From contig CAXXVZ010000004.1 in assembly GCA_963678065.2 (NCBI GenBank), positions 480,001 through 544,000 on the forward strand: a stretch of DNA of 64,000 nt, given 5' to 3'. Positions within the stretch are counted from its first letter, which is position 1, and each line of letters opens with the position of its first letter. This document shows, one piece after another, positions 19,403-28,563 of this stretch. This DNA comes from Treponemataceae bacterium (lineage in GTDB: Bacteria; Spirochaetota; Spirochaetia; Treponematales; Rectinemataceae). Made by a program: the position numbers and the translations under genes. The notes under the pieces were generated by a model, which did no database searches, was not told the DNA's origin, and worked only from the letters and a program-made list of their open reading frames with translations.

Positions 19403-21444
19403 TTGACCGCCCTTTTCTTGAGCAGGTTTCCGACGACACCAAGCACCTCCGACATCATGTAGGGTTTCTTGATGTAGTAGTCGATGCCGAGGCCGCAGGC
19501 CCTGATGACCGTGTGCTCGTCCTTCAGGTGCGAGAGTATGATAAACGGAATCTCCTTGGTCGCGGAACTCGTCGCCATGTTCTCTTTCAGGACGAAGGCA
19601 TCCATCTTGGGGACCATGATCTCGGCGATCACGAGGTCGGGGCCCTCCTTCTCGACGAGCCGCAGGGCTTCGGCCCCATCCGAGGCGGCGATGACGCGGT
19701 AATCCGAGTTTTCAAGGAAGGACCTGAGGACGTCGACGTTGACCCTGTCGTCGTCGACGATGAGGATGTGTCCGCGGGACTGGACTTCTACCTCGATCTC
19801 CGAAGTCGTGACGACCAGGTTCCCTCCCTTTTTCTTGGCCGACCGGAGCCGCCTGATGCCGATGTCGTAGAGCGCGGGGCCCGCTTCGGAAGGCGCGTTG
19901 ATCCCTGCCCGTATCTCGGAGAGGGCGATGACGCCCGCGGAGACCGTGACCCGCTCGATGAAGGAGCCCGAGCCTTCGACCAGGGTCCTGATGTTTTCAG
20001 CGAGCTGCGCTGCGGAGCGTACGCCGAGCCCCGGCAGCCACAGACCGAAGGTCGCCCCGTGAAGACGGAAAGCGGGATACTGCCGCTCCCGAACATTGTT
20101 GAGGATCTTCGCGATCCCGCGGAGGATCTCCTCGACTTCGCGGGGGCCGTACTGGTATTCGATCCTCGCCATACCTTCGTCGACGCCGATGAGAACGAGG
20201 GTGTTGTCCTCGACCGGCTCGTCCCTTGAGGCCTGGGCTATCTTGAGCGAGGCCTCCTCGTCGATGTAGCTCCTGAAGAAGGATTCATTGTAGAGACCCG
20301 TCACGGGGCAGGTCATCATGTGCTGCTGGGTCCTCTCGATCGTCTCGTTCAGCTCGTTCGTGAGCTTGGTCAGACGGCCCACTTCGTCGGTCAGGATGAC
20401 GGTCTCCTTCTGGGTCTCGAGGAGGGAGGAGCGGTAGATCTCGGGCTGGCGGATCGAGAACTCGGTGCATATTTTGCGCATGAGGGGGTCGAGGACGCCG
20501 AGGGCGGCGATGCCTTTCTCGAGGTAGATGGCCTCGAAGACCCTCTGCCAGAGGCGCTCGCCCTGGTGGCCATAGTCGAGGACGGTATTCGTGACGGGAT
20601 CCAGCTTCATGGAGAGGCGGTAGGCGACGGCCTTGAACGCATCGATGCCGAAGAGAATGGTGAATCGCCTGAGTATCTCGTCGACTATGACCGTGTAGCC
20701 GCCGATCTGGGCGAGATCCCGCCGTATGGAGTGCATGAGGACGCCGCACTCGAGATCGCGCAGGGCCACGATGTAGTCGGATATGTTGCCCCGGATGATC
20801 GAGCCGTGCTGGGGCGCGATGATCGTGATGTTCATCCTGAGGAAAAGTTCCATGACCGGCCTGAGGATTTCGTTGGAGGGCATGTAGTGCTCGTGGAAAG
20901 CCTTCATCCTCTCGATGTAGTCGGGGCCGGCGTAGAGGCTCCAGCCCGAACCGAAGGCGCCGAAGAGGTCGCTCGAGACGAGGATGCCGCTCGTTTTGTC
21001 GTAGGAGACGATGGAACCCGCAAAGTGGAGGTACGGTGTATGGATGAAACGGATGCTGCGCCCGGTGGCGAGGCAAAGGCTGTAGCCATGCTCGTCGACG
21101 AGATAGTAGGGCGACCTGATTCCGTAGAAGCGGACGAGGCCCCAGGTGCGCCAGTGTGTGACGATCGTGAAATTCATGCCCCTTTTCTCCATGAGGGGCA
21201 CCGCGGAGGCGAGGTCGGGGTCCTGGTGGGAGAGCACGACGTATTTCACTTTGTGGAGCGGGATGAGGCTCTCCACGTTGGCGATGACCCGTTCGTAATC
21301 CAGGACGGAGCCTGGATCGAAGAGGACGCCCTCGTCGCCCTCGATGAGGAGATAGGGATTGCATTGCAGGTTGTCGGAGGCTTCGGCGGTGCCGACCCAG
21401 AAGAACCCGTTGCCCAGAAACTCAATTTTTCGGCTGTCCCGCAT
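19399..21444 (-). CDS. MBL-fold ODP-type di-iron sensor plus degenerate GGDEF plus pseudo-receiver domain
   Basis: SHQDPD, YLHF, SSDLFG, APQHG; CPVTGLYN and RLHGATF in place of GGDEF; REC with VDDD and KPY but Glu at the phospho-acceptor position (LVIAEIMVP). Confidence 0.82.
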   Translation of the reverse strand: MRDSRKIEFLGNGFFWVGTAEASDNLQCNPYLLIEGDEGVLFDPGSVLDYERVIANVESLIPLHKVKYVVLSHQDPDLASAVPLMEKRGMNFTIVTHWRTWGLVRFYGIRSPYYLVDEHGYSLCLATGRSIRFIHTPYLHFAGSIVSYDKTSGILVSSDLFGAFGSGWSLYAGPDYIERMKAFHEHYMPSNEILRPVMELFLRMNITIIAPQHGSIIRGNISDYIVALRDLECGVLMHSIRRDLAQIGGYTVIVDEILRRFTILFGIDAFKAVAYRLSMKLDPVTNTVLDYGHQGERLWQRVFEAIYLEKGIAALGVLDPLMRKICTEFSIRQPEIYRSSLLETQKETVILTDEVGRLTKLTNELNETIERTQQHMMTCPVTGLYNESFFRSYIDEEASLKIAQASRDEPVEDNTLVLIGVDEGMARIEYQYGPREVEEILRGIAKILNNVRERQYPAFRLHGATFGLWLPGLGVRSAAQLAENIRTLVEGSGSFIERVTVSAGVIALSEIRAGINAPSEAGPALYDIGIRRLRSAKKKGGNLVVTTSEIEVEVQSRGHILIVDDDRVNVDVLRSFLENSDYRVIAASDGAEALRLVEKEGPDLVIAEIMVPKMDAFVLKENMATSSATKEIPFIILSHLKDEHTVIRACGLGIDYYIKKPYMMSEVLGVVGNLLKKRAVK

Positions 21445-21511
21445 CCGCCACCTCTTCCGAACGTCTTCTTACGCTCTTTAGTATCGGCAGGACGGATGAC
21501 AGGCATGAATC

Positions 21512-22477
21512 CTATGTGGTCGGGGAGTTGACCGGGTTCAGGGCTTTATCTCCTTTCAGGACGCGGACAACCTCGTGGGCGGCCCGCCGTTTCAGCTCGA
21601 CGATGGATTTCTCGGAATACCAGGCCGCGTGAGGCGTCAGAATGACGGAATCGAGGCCGAGGAGGGGATTGTCCGGGCGAAGAGGCTCGGTCTCGAGCAC
21701 GTCGAGTCCCGCTCCCGCGATCCTTCCGGCCCGGAGGGCGCCGACGAGGGCCGACTCCTCCACGAGAGGGCCGCGCGCGGTATTCACGAGGAAAGTTCCG
21801 GGCCTCATCATGGCGAACTGCCTCTCGCCGAGGAGGCCGCGGCTACGCGCGTCGAGGAGGCAGTGCAGGCTGATAACCTCAGCCTGGGCGCAGAGCGTCT
21901 CGAGCTCGACCTTCTCGACGCCCAGCCGTCCCATGGCCTGTGCGTCGACATTCGGATCGGTGCCGATGAGCCTGAATCCGATGGGAGCCAGTTTGCGCGC
22001 GAGGCTCGAGCCGATCCTTCCGAGGCCGATGATGCCCGCCACCGTGTCCCGGGAATTGCGGATCGGCGCCGCGCGGGGATAATTGAAGTCGTCATCGCCT
22101 TTCGCCCTGTCGTAGCGGACGATTCCGCGCGTGAGGGCGAGGATGAGCGCCAGGGCGTGGTCGGACACTTCGTCGACGCAGTAATCCGGCACATTGCAGC
22201 AGAGGATGCCCTTTCGGGCCGCGTATTCCGTGTCGAGATTGTCGTAGCCGACGCCGTAGCGGACAATGATCCGGCAGCGCCTCATCGCGTCGATCACGCG
22301 GGGTCCGACCTTGTTGTGCTGGACAATGAGGGCGTCGGCATCGGCGACGAGGCCGGATATGTCATCCTCGGTCGGTACCCTGTGCGCGAGGACCTCGAAG
22401 CCCGCGGCCTCGAGGATTTCCCTCTCCTGGTCCACTCGGGGATGCTCGTAATGGCAGATCACGACTTTGGCATTCAT
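21512..22477 (-). CDS. D-isomer-specific 2-hydroxyacid dehydrogenase (CtBP-like)
   Basis: RYGVGYDN, GIIGLGRIG, NTARG, LDVLETEP, TPHAAW; start set at MNAKVV. Confidence 0.9.
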   Translation of the reverse strand: MNAKVVICHYEHPRVDQEREILEAAGFEVLAHRVPTEDDISGLVADADALIVQHNKVGPRVIDAMRRCRIIVRYGVGYDNLDTEYAARKGILCCNVPDYCVDEVSDHALALILALTRGIVRYDRAKGDDDFNYPRAAPIRNSRDTVAGIIGLGRIGSSLARKLAPIGFRLIGTDPNVDAQAMGRLGVEKVELETLCAQAEVISLHCLLDARSRGLLGERQFAMMRPGTFLVNTARGPLVEESALVGALRAGRIAGAGLDVLETEPLRPDNPLLGLDSVILTPHAAWYSEKSIVELKRRAAHEVVRVLKGDKALNPVNSPTT

Positions 22478-22728
22478 GGTTTTACTCCCGTTTTTTGTTC
22501 CCGCCCCCGTTCGCGCCCGCGGTGCCGTCACGCGCTGTGTCTGGCATGCATGCGCCGCGAAGGGCTCGCGATAGAAGTTGTAGCATCGACGACTTGTGTG
22601 TTCAAAAACAAAAGGCGCACCGTGCCGCGCGCCTTTCTGTCCAGTGGGGATTTGAACATGCACATTGTAGATCTATCATATTCACGAGCTTATTTCTACG
22701 GCATCCTTCATCAACGCTTCAGCGGTCA

Positions 22729-24132
22729 TCAGGCATTTTCATGTACCGGTATGCCATAGGGGCCGTCGGGAAGCCACGCGACGCGGGGTGCGGGAAGGCC
22801 GGCGCTCTGTCTGCGCTGGATCTCCAGTTCCACGGCCCGCTCGATGACCCGCGCCGCATCCTCGAGCGTCAGGTCCTTGCGCGGCTTTCCGTCCAGGAAG
22901 GCAATGCCGTCGAGGCCGGGAATGAGTTTCCAGTCTCCGTCGGAAAGCTGGGGGGCGAAGTAGACGAATCGCGCGAAAGGCAGCCTGCAAAAGAGCTTGC
23001 ACCACATCTGCACCTGCCACTGCTCCAGCACGAAAGGCCAGTCCGGACTCATGAGAAGCCGCTCGAAGGCCCCGACGCCCACCTGCTTCAGGAGGCCCAG
23101 CACCGTCCTGTAAGACGCCCCTCCGACAGGATCGGCGTCATGGTTGTCGGCGACCAGGATGCACAGGGCGCCTCCGGCCAGCATCGGCGCGATCGCGGTG
23201 CCGGTTTTCGCCGCCTGGTAGTGGTTGCGGCCCACGAACCCCGCGTGCGATACGACGATGTCGTATTCGCCGCTGAAGGGAATGCCCACGTAGGAGCGCA
23301 CCTTGGCTACCGCCGCCTCGTGGGCCGCCTCGAGCGCGCCTGCGAAGACGCCCGTGAGCCTGAACGAGTGATCCAGCGTCACGTTGACGATGAAATCGAC
23401 GCCGGCCATCCTGGCCGCGAACAGCGACTCTTCGTGGCAGGGATTTCCGGCCAGGTAAAGATCGCGCGTGCCGGGGTGGGCCATCATGGCCGCGCCATGG
23501 AAGACATAGGTGCTTTTTTTACCCACGATGCCGGGACAGACACTCTTGCGGCCGCCCGAGGCGCCGGCCATGAAGTGGCTCTCCACCAGTCCCGTCAGAA
23601 TCCGGAAATCCGCCTCCATGTACGCGCGGTTGACGAATACTTCGTTGCCCCGCTCCGTGCGCCCCAGGCGCACGAGATTTTCCTCATCTTCGCAGTCGTG
23701 GTTCAGCACCCGTATTCCGTTTTCGAAGACTTCCGGGTCGAGCATCGCGCGGAGTTCAGCCTCCGACATCGCGCGGTGCGTGCCTGTGCCCACCAGAACG
23801 GTGATGTCGCCGCGCGCGAATCCAGAATCCTCCAAGGCCCGTATGATGGGCATGAGGATGCCGGATTCGCCCCTGTACGGCACCGGGCGGGTGTTGTCGG
23901 AGACGACGACGACAGCGGTCGGCCGTTTTCCCGCGGCCGCCTGCCGCGCGGCGGTTTCCGCGGCCAGCGCGGCAAGAGGTCTGGATGCGATCGGCGCTTC
24001 GAGGGCGGCCGCAATCGCCGGGCCGGGATTGTCGAGCGCCCGGGGCGCCTTCATGGAGAGTACGTCTACTGGGCAGGAAAGCCGCGCGGTGACGGTGCGG
24101 CCGCCGGAAAAGGGAATCCGCAGTTCCGTCAC
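22729..24132 (-). CDS. LarA-family nickel-pincer-dependent 2-hydroxyacid racemase/epimerase
   Basis: SDNTRP, GTGTHR, ESHFMAGASGGRKS, VFH and YQAAK match the LarA Asp/Arg/His/His/Lys/His/Lys residue set. Confidence 0.85.
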   Translation of the reverse strand: MTELRIPFSGGRTVTARLSCPVDVLSMKAPRALDNPGPAIAAALEAPIASRPLAALAAETAARQAAAGKRPTAVVVVSDNTRPVPYRGESGILMPIIRALEDSGFARGDITVLVGTGTHRAMSEAELRAMLDPEVFENGIRVLNHDCEDEENLVRLGRTERGNEVFVNRAYMEADFRILTGLVESHFMAGASGGRKSVCPGIVGKKSTYVFHGAAMMAHPGTRDLYLAGNPCHEESLFAARMAGVDFIVNVTLDHSFRLTGVFAGALEAAHEAAVAKVRSYVGIPFSGEYDIVVSHAGFVGRNHYQAAKTGTAIAPMLAGGALCILVADNHDADPVGGASYRTVLGLLKQVGVGAFERLLMSPDWPFVLEQWQVQMWCKLFCRLPFARFVYFAPQLSDGDWKLIPGLDGIAFLDGKPRKDLTLEDAARVIERAVELEIQRRQSAGLPAPRVAWLPDGPYGIPVHENA

Positions 24133-25412
24133 GACAGGTTCCGGATTCCGGAGAAATCGCCGGAGGCGGCCGCCCTGAGGATGGGCTCCATGTATTCGTC
24201 GACCAGCGCGGCGGTCAGGGGCACCGGCATGTTTTTCAGCTTCATTTCGAGCTGTGGATCCTTGGCGGCGGCGAGCGCCTTCGCGATGTGCGCCTGCGTG
24301 AATCCGGGGAAGTCGGTGAGCTTCGTGGGCGCGCCGATGGCCTTCGCGAAGGCCACCATGCCGCGGGCTACGGCCTCTCCCAGCGCCCTTCCGGCCAGGG
24401 CTTCCCAGCCCGCGGCCATGTAGCCGTACTGGCTGAGAATCTCGCCCATCACGCGGGCCTGCCGCTCGATCCTGGGCGCGAAGAACACCAGGTAATAAGG
24501 ATTCATGACGCCGCAGGCCGTACCGTGCCCCGCGACATCGACGAGGGAAAAACTCGTCAGGTGCGCGCCCGAGGTTCCGCCCACCATGATCGCGTAGCCG
24601 CCCAGGTCGGTGGCCATGCCGATCGCTTCCCTGGCTTCCATGTCCGCGGGATCGGCGATGACACGGATGGCGTACTTCACCGCCAGCTCGACCGAGGCCC
24701 GGGCAATCCGCTCGGCCTTGTCCAAGGCGCTGCCCGAGACAGAGCAGAACACTTCGAAGGAGTGGGCGATGGCATCCAGGGCTCCGTCGATGGTGACGGC
24801 GCGAGGCATGGAGACCGTCACATCGTAGTCAAAGAGCGCCCGTGAGGGAACGATCGCCTCGTCGACGATGAGCTTCTTCTGTCCTGCGACCGGATCGGTG
24901 ATATTGGAATATTTGGTCAGATGCGCCCCCGAGCTGGCGCTGGTCTGCACGGCGATCATAGGAATCAACGCGGCGCCGGTCTCCCCGAGCGCCGCGCCCA
25001 CGAGTCCCGTGCCGAAATAGCTGTCAATTTCGCACGATTTCCGGCCCAGAGTCGCGAGCACATTCGCCGCCTTCACCGCGTCGATAGTCGAGCCGCCGCC
25101 GACCGCGACAATACAGTCCGGCTTGTGGTGCAGGAGGTATCCTTGCAGCCGGTACACATCCGCGCGCGGGGCGTTGGGACCCGCGTCGGGAGCGATCCTG
25201 CCGCCAGCGAGCGACACTCCGGCGGCCGAGAGCGAGGCGACTACCGCATCGGCCAGAGGTTTCATGTAGGTGGTATTGCAGACCACAAGCGCAGTCTTTC
25301 CGTACGCGGCGGCGATCGGCCCGATGCGCCCGAGGACGCCGCGGCCGAAGATATAGCGGTCGCCCTTCCACTCGGTGAGCAGGGTGCGGGATTCGTCAAA
25401 CAGTCTGTCCAT
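24129..25412 (-). CDS. Iron-containing alcohol dehydrogenase family protein
   Basis: AVGGGSTIDAVK, DAIAHSFE, AHLTSF..GHG metal ligands. Confidence 0.85.
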   Translation of the reverse strand: MDRLFDESRTLLTEWKGDRYIFGRGVLGRIGPIAAAYGKTALVVCNTTYMKPLADAVVASLSAAGVSLAGGRIAPDAGPNAPRADVYRLQGYLLHHKPDCIVAVGGGSTIDAVKAANVLATLGRKSCEIDSYFGTGLVGAALGETGAALIPMIAVQTSASSGAHLTKYSNITDPVAGQKKLIVDEAIVPSRALFDYDVTVSMPRAVTIDGALDAIAHSFEVFCSVSGSALDKAERIARASVELAVKYAIRVIADPADMEAREAIGMATDLGGYAIMVGGTSGAHLTSFSLVDVAGHGTACGVMNPYYLVFFAPRIERQARVMGEILSQYGYMAAGWEALAGRALGEAVARGMVAFAKAIGAPTKLTDFPGFTQAHIAKALAAAKDPQLEMKLKNMPVPLTAALVDEYMEPILRAAASGDFSGIRNLS

Positions 25413-25433
25413 CGTCGTTTCCTCGTTTATTTT

Positions 25434-26387
25434 TTATTGTCGCGCAAGCGCACGGCCTGCGGCGGATATAGCTTTCGCACTGATCCCGTACTTGTCAAGC
25501 AGGGCCTTGTAGGGCCCCGACTCGGTGAAGGTGTCGTGCAAACCGATGGCCGCCGCCTTCCACGCGCGGCTTGTTCCCGCGAAGCCGGATGCGGAGAGCC
25601 CTGTGAGGGCTTCGGCGCAGGCCGCGGCGAGGCCACCGGTGATGCTGCCTTCCTCCGCGGTGACGAGCCGTCCTGTCCTGGCCACCGAAGCGCCCAGAGT
25701 CGCCGCATCCAGCGGCTTCACGCTCGCCATGTCGAGCACCTCGGCGCCGATTCCCTCGGATGCGAGAATCTCCGCCGCCTCGAGCGCCTGGGCCACGCAG
25801 ATGCCGCAGGCGGCTATCGTCAGGTCATCGCCTGAACGGAAAATCCTGGCCTTGCCGAACTCGACCGGCTCCGGAGAAGGCACCGCGGGCAGCTCATTGC
25901 GGTTCAGACGGATGTACACCGGCCCGTCTGCCACGAGGGCGAGTTCCAGAGCCCGTTCGGCCGCGGCGTTGTCCGCAGGCACCAGCACGCGCATGGACGG
26001 CAGCGAGCGCATGATCGCCAGGTCGGCGATCGAGTGGTGGCTCGCGCCGTCGAAGGAATCGGAGAGGCCACCGTACGCGCCGGCGAGCACAACCGGAATC
26101 TCATTGTAACAAAGCACGTTGCGGATCTGGTCCGTCGCCTTCAGCGCGAGAAAGATCGCGAAGCTGTTCGCCACGGGCCTGTAGCCGCCCAGGGCCAATC
26201 CCGCCGCGACGTCGACCATGTTGGCCTCCGCCACGCCCACATTGAAAAACCGTTCGGGGAAGGCCTGCGCGAAATACGAAGATTTCGTGCTCGAGGAGAC
26301 ATCCGCGTCGAGGACGACGATCTTCGGATCGGCGTAGCCCATCGCCGCAAGTTTCTTCCCGAAAGCGTCGCGCATCGTCATGCCCAT
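25434..26387 (-). CDS. Transketolase-like protein, C-terminal (pyrimidine-binding) subunit
   Basis: MRDAFG, LDADV, FNVGVAEANMV, DGASHH, GPVYIRL, SVKPLD. Confidence 0.9.
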   Translation of the reverse strand: MGMTMRDAFGKKLAAMGYADPKIVVLDADVSSSTKSSYFAQAFPERFFNVGVAEANMVDVAAGLALGGYRPVANSFAIFLALKATDQIRNVLCYNEIPVVLAGAYGGLSDSFDGASHHSIADLAIMRSLPSMRVLVPADNAAAERALELALVADGPVYIRLNRNELPAVPSPEPVEFGKARIFRSGDDLTIAACGICVAQALEAAEILASEGIGAEVLDMASVKPLDAATLGASVARTGRLVTAEEGSITGGLAAACAEALTGLSASGFAGTSRAWKAAAIGLHDTFTESGPYKALLDKYGISAKAISAAGRALARQ

Positions 26388-26388
26388 A

Positions 26389-27306
26389 TCAGGCCCCCTT
26401 CCCGGCGGCGGCGAGCGCGGATTCATACGCGGCCCAGAGCTCGGGGCGCGCGCGCCGCCACGCCTCATCATCGATCGGAGCGCCGTGCCAGACATTCTTC
26501 CCTTCCATGAACGATACACCCTTTCCCTTGACCGTATCGTAGACTACGGCGCGCGGCCATGCGCCGGGGCCGTCCATCCACTCGAAGGAAGCGGCGATAT
26601 CGTCGACATCGTGCCCGTCATAACGGCGCGGCGCCACGTTCCAGCCGAAGGCGGAGAGCTTTGCCAGCAGAAAGCCGAGCGGCATGATCTGTTCCGCCGT
26701 GCCGTCGAGCTGCACGCCGTTGTTGTCCACCATGAGCACGAGGCGATCCGGCCTGAACTTGGCCGCCGCCATCAGCGCTTCCCACGACTGGCCCTCGTCG
26801 AGGCAGCCCTCCCCCACCATGACATAGGTCCAGGCGCCGGAGCCGGAAAGCCGAAAGGCCAGGGACATACCCAGCCCCACCGAAATCCCGTGCCCGAGGG
26901 CGCCCGTGGAAAGATCCACGCCCGGGGTCTTGTTCATGGCCGGGTGCCCCTGGAGCCGCGAATCGATATCGCGGAAGGTATCGAGCCATTCGAGGTCGAA
27001 GAAACCCCGGCTCGCCAGCACCGAATACAGCATGGGCGAGGCGTGGCCTTTGCTCAGGATGAAGCGGTCCCTGCCCGGCGCGCAGGGTTCGGCCGGATCG
27101 ATGTGCATCCTGTAGAAATAGAGCATCGATACAAGGTCAGCCGCAGACGAGGATCCGCCCCAGTGCCCCGTGCCCTTCGCGTGGAGCAGATCGATGATCC
27201 TGACTCTGATCCGCGCGGAAAGTGCCGCTATCAGGCGCCGTTTTCTCGCAGGATCCTTCTCGCCAAGCGCTTCGCTGGCGATCGATTTCATCTCATCCAT
27301 ACTCAT
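26389..27306 (-). CDS. Transketolase-like protein, N-terminal (ThDP-binding) subunit
   Basis: GHWGGS, DRFILSKGHA, LQGHP, STGALGHG, GEG..EG..WEA...DNN, TVKGKG, WHG; start overlaps the upstream stop (ATGA). Confidence 0.9.
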   Translation of the reverse strand: MSMDEMKSIASEALGEKDPARKRRLIAALSARIRVRIIDLLHAKGTGHWGGSSSAADLVSMLYFYRMHIDPAEPCAPGRDRFILSKGHASPMLYSVLASRGFFDLEWLDTFRDIDSRLQGHPAMNKTPGVDLSTGALGHGISVGLGMSLAFRLSGSGAWTYVMVGEGCLDEGQSWEALMAAAKFRPDRLVLMVDNNGVQLDGTAEQIMPLGFLLAKLSAFGWNVAPRRYDGHDVDDIAASFEWMDGPGAWPRAVVYDTVKGKGVSFMEGKNVWHGAPIDDEAWRRARPELWAAYESALAAAGKGA

Positions 27307-28181
27307 CCCCGATGGACCGCGCCGTCCCTCCCCATCGGGGGGAACGGTGATCCGAAGCATTCGTCCAACAGCATACGCACATGCCGAGCGCCGGAACGTG
27401 CGGCGGTGTCGGCGTCTGGACGCGGGAAAATCTCGAGGGTGATCCATCCGGAAAAGGCGGTATCCCTGAGCGCGGCGAGCGGCGAGCGGAAATCCATGTG
27501 CCCGCTCCCGGGGGCGTTGCGGTTCGAATCCGCGAAATGCAGGTATTTGATGCGCGACGCGTGGCGCCTCAAAGAATCGGTCGGATCCGCATCCTCGATA
27601 TTCATGTGGAACAGATCGGGCATGAGCCCCAAGGCGGAGAGCGCATGACGGTCGAGGAATTCCGCGGCCTCGTCGGTGGAGTTCAGGAAATCAGTCTCAT
27701 AGCGGTTGACCGGTTCGAGAAGAACCATGACGCCGAGTTCGCTTCCCCGCGCCGACAGCCTGCCGAGGATTTCCGCCACTCTCGCTTCCACTTCGGGGCG
27801 GGAGCCATTGGCCTCGACCGTTCCCCTGATCCTTCCCACGTTGATGAAGGCGCCGAATTCCGCGGCCACTTCGATCAAGCCCGCGAATCGCCGCTCCGCC
27901 TTGGCTCTCACTTCGGGGTCGGTCGATGCGAAGGAATCTCCCGCTTCGGCGAAAACCTGGCCCGTGGAGATCATCGGAACTTCGAGGCCTGTTTCAGAAA
28001 GAAGGCGCTTCAGATCGGCCATGTCGACTTGGGAACGATCGAGAAGGGCAAGCTCCACTCCGTCGTAGCCGAAATCGGCCGCCTTGCGCAGCGAGGAGGA
28101 GAAAGGCTCGCGGAAAACCACGAAGGCGCTGGGAAGCGCACGCTCCGGAGCCACGGCCAGCGCAATTCTCGGTGTTTTCAT
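27303..28181 (-). CDS. Sugar isomerase/epimerase, xylose-isomerase-like TIM barrel (IolO / tagatose-3-epimerase-like)
   Basis: GYDGVEL, LEPVNRYE, DLFHMNIE, HFADSNR, PGSGH, LE. Confidence 0.87.
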   Translation of the reverse strand: MKTPRIALAVAPERALPSAFVVFREPFSSSLRKAADFGYDGVELALLDRSQVDMADLKRLLSETGLEVPMISTGQVFAEAGDSFASTDPEVRAKAERRFAGLIEVAAEFGAFINVGRIRGTVEANGSRPEVEARVAEILGRLSARGSELGVMVLLEPVNRYETDFLNSTDEAAEFLDRHALSALGLMPDLFHMNIEDADPTDSLRRHASRIKYLHFADSNRNAPGSGHMDFRSPLAALRDTAFSGWITLEIFPRPDADTAARSGARHVRMLLDECFGSPFPPMGRDGAVHRG

Positions 28182-28345
28182 GCCTCTTCCTCCTTTGCGG
28201 CTATGGCGGCATGTGGCGCCAGCATGAGACCGGCCTCAAGGGCGAGCGAACTCGCCGGGCCCACACTCGCGATATCGGATGCCGTGCTGTGCGCACAGGT
28301 TGCGGTGGGCACCGAGAGGCCGAGCGGAACTACGATATATCGCAT
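28178..28345 (-). CDS. Possible 55-aa first ORF of the operon, function unknown
   Basis: AGAGGTGG RBS and ATG just after the predicted promoter; stop overlaps the epimerase start (ATGA); no recognisable domain. Confidence 0.3.
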   Translation of the reverse strand: MRYIVVPLGLSVPTATCAHSTASDIASVGPASSLALEAGLMLAPHAAIAAKEEEA

Positions 28346-28358
28346 GACCACCTCTATT

Positions 28359-28404
28359 GTATACAGTATACCATAACTATCCCATGAGATTCTCACTCTG
28401 TCAA
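28359..28404 (-). promoter_or_regulatory. Sigma70 promoter plus GntR/FadR-type operator of the epimerase-transketolase-larA operon
   Basis: Minus strand TTGACA-17 bp-GATAGT followed by GTATACTGTATAC (28359-28371). Confidence 0.7.
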
Positions 28405-28540
28405 CTTTTTCTGCAGCGCTCTCAGGCCGGAAGCGCAAAATGATAAAAGCTTCTGCTTCTATCAAATGGACAAATTGCCGAAGAAAACGGTGCGATTGCG
28501 GAGATTTTTTCATGAAAACGGTGGCGTGCTCTGCCGTTTA

Positions 28541-28550
28541 TTGTATACAA
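28541..28550. promoter_or_regulatory. GntR autoregulatory site
   Basis: Perfect palindrome TTGTATACAA 13 bp upstream of the gntR start. Confidence 0.6.
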
Positions 28551-28563
28551 TAATTGCACGACC

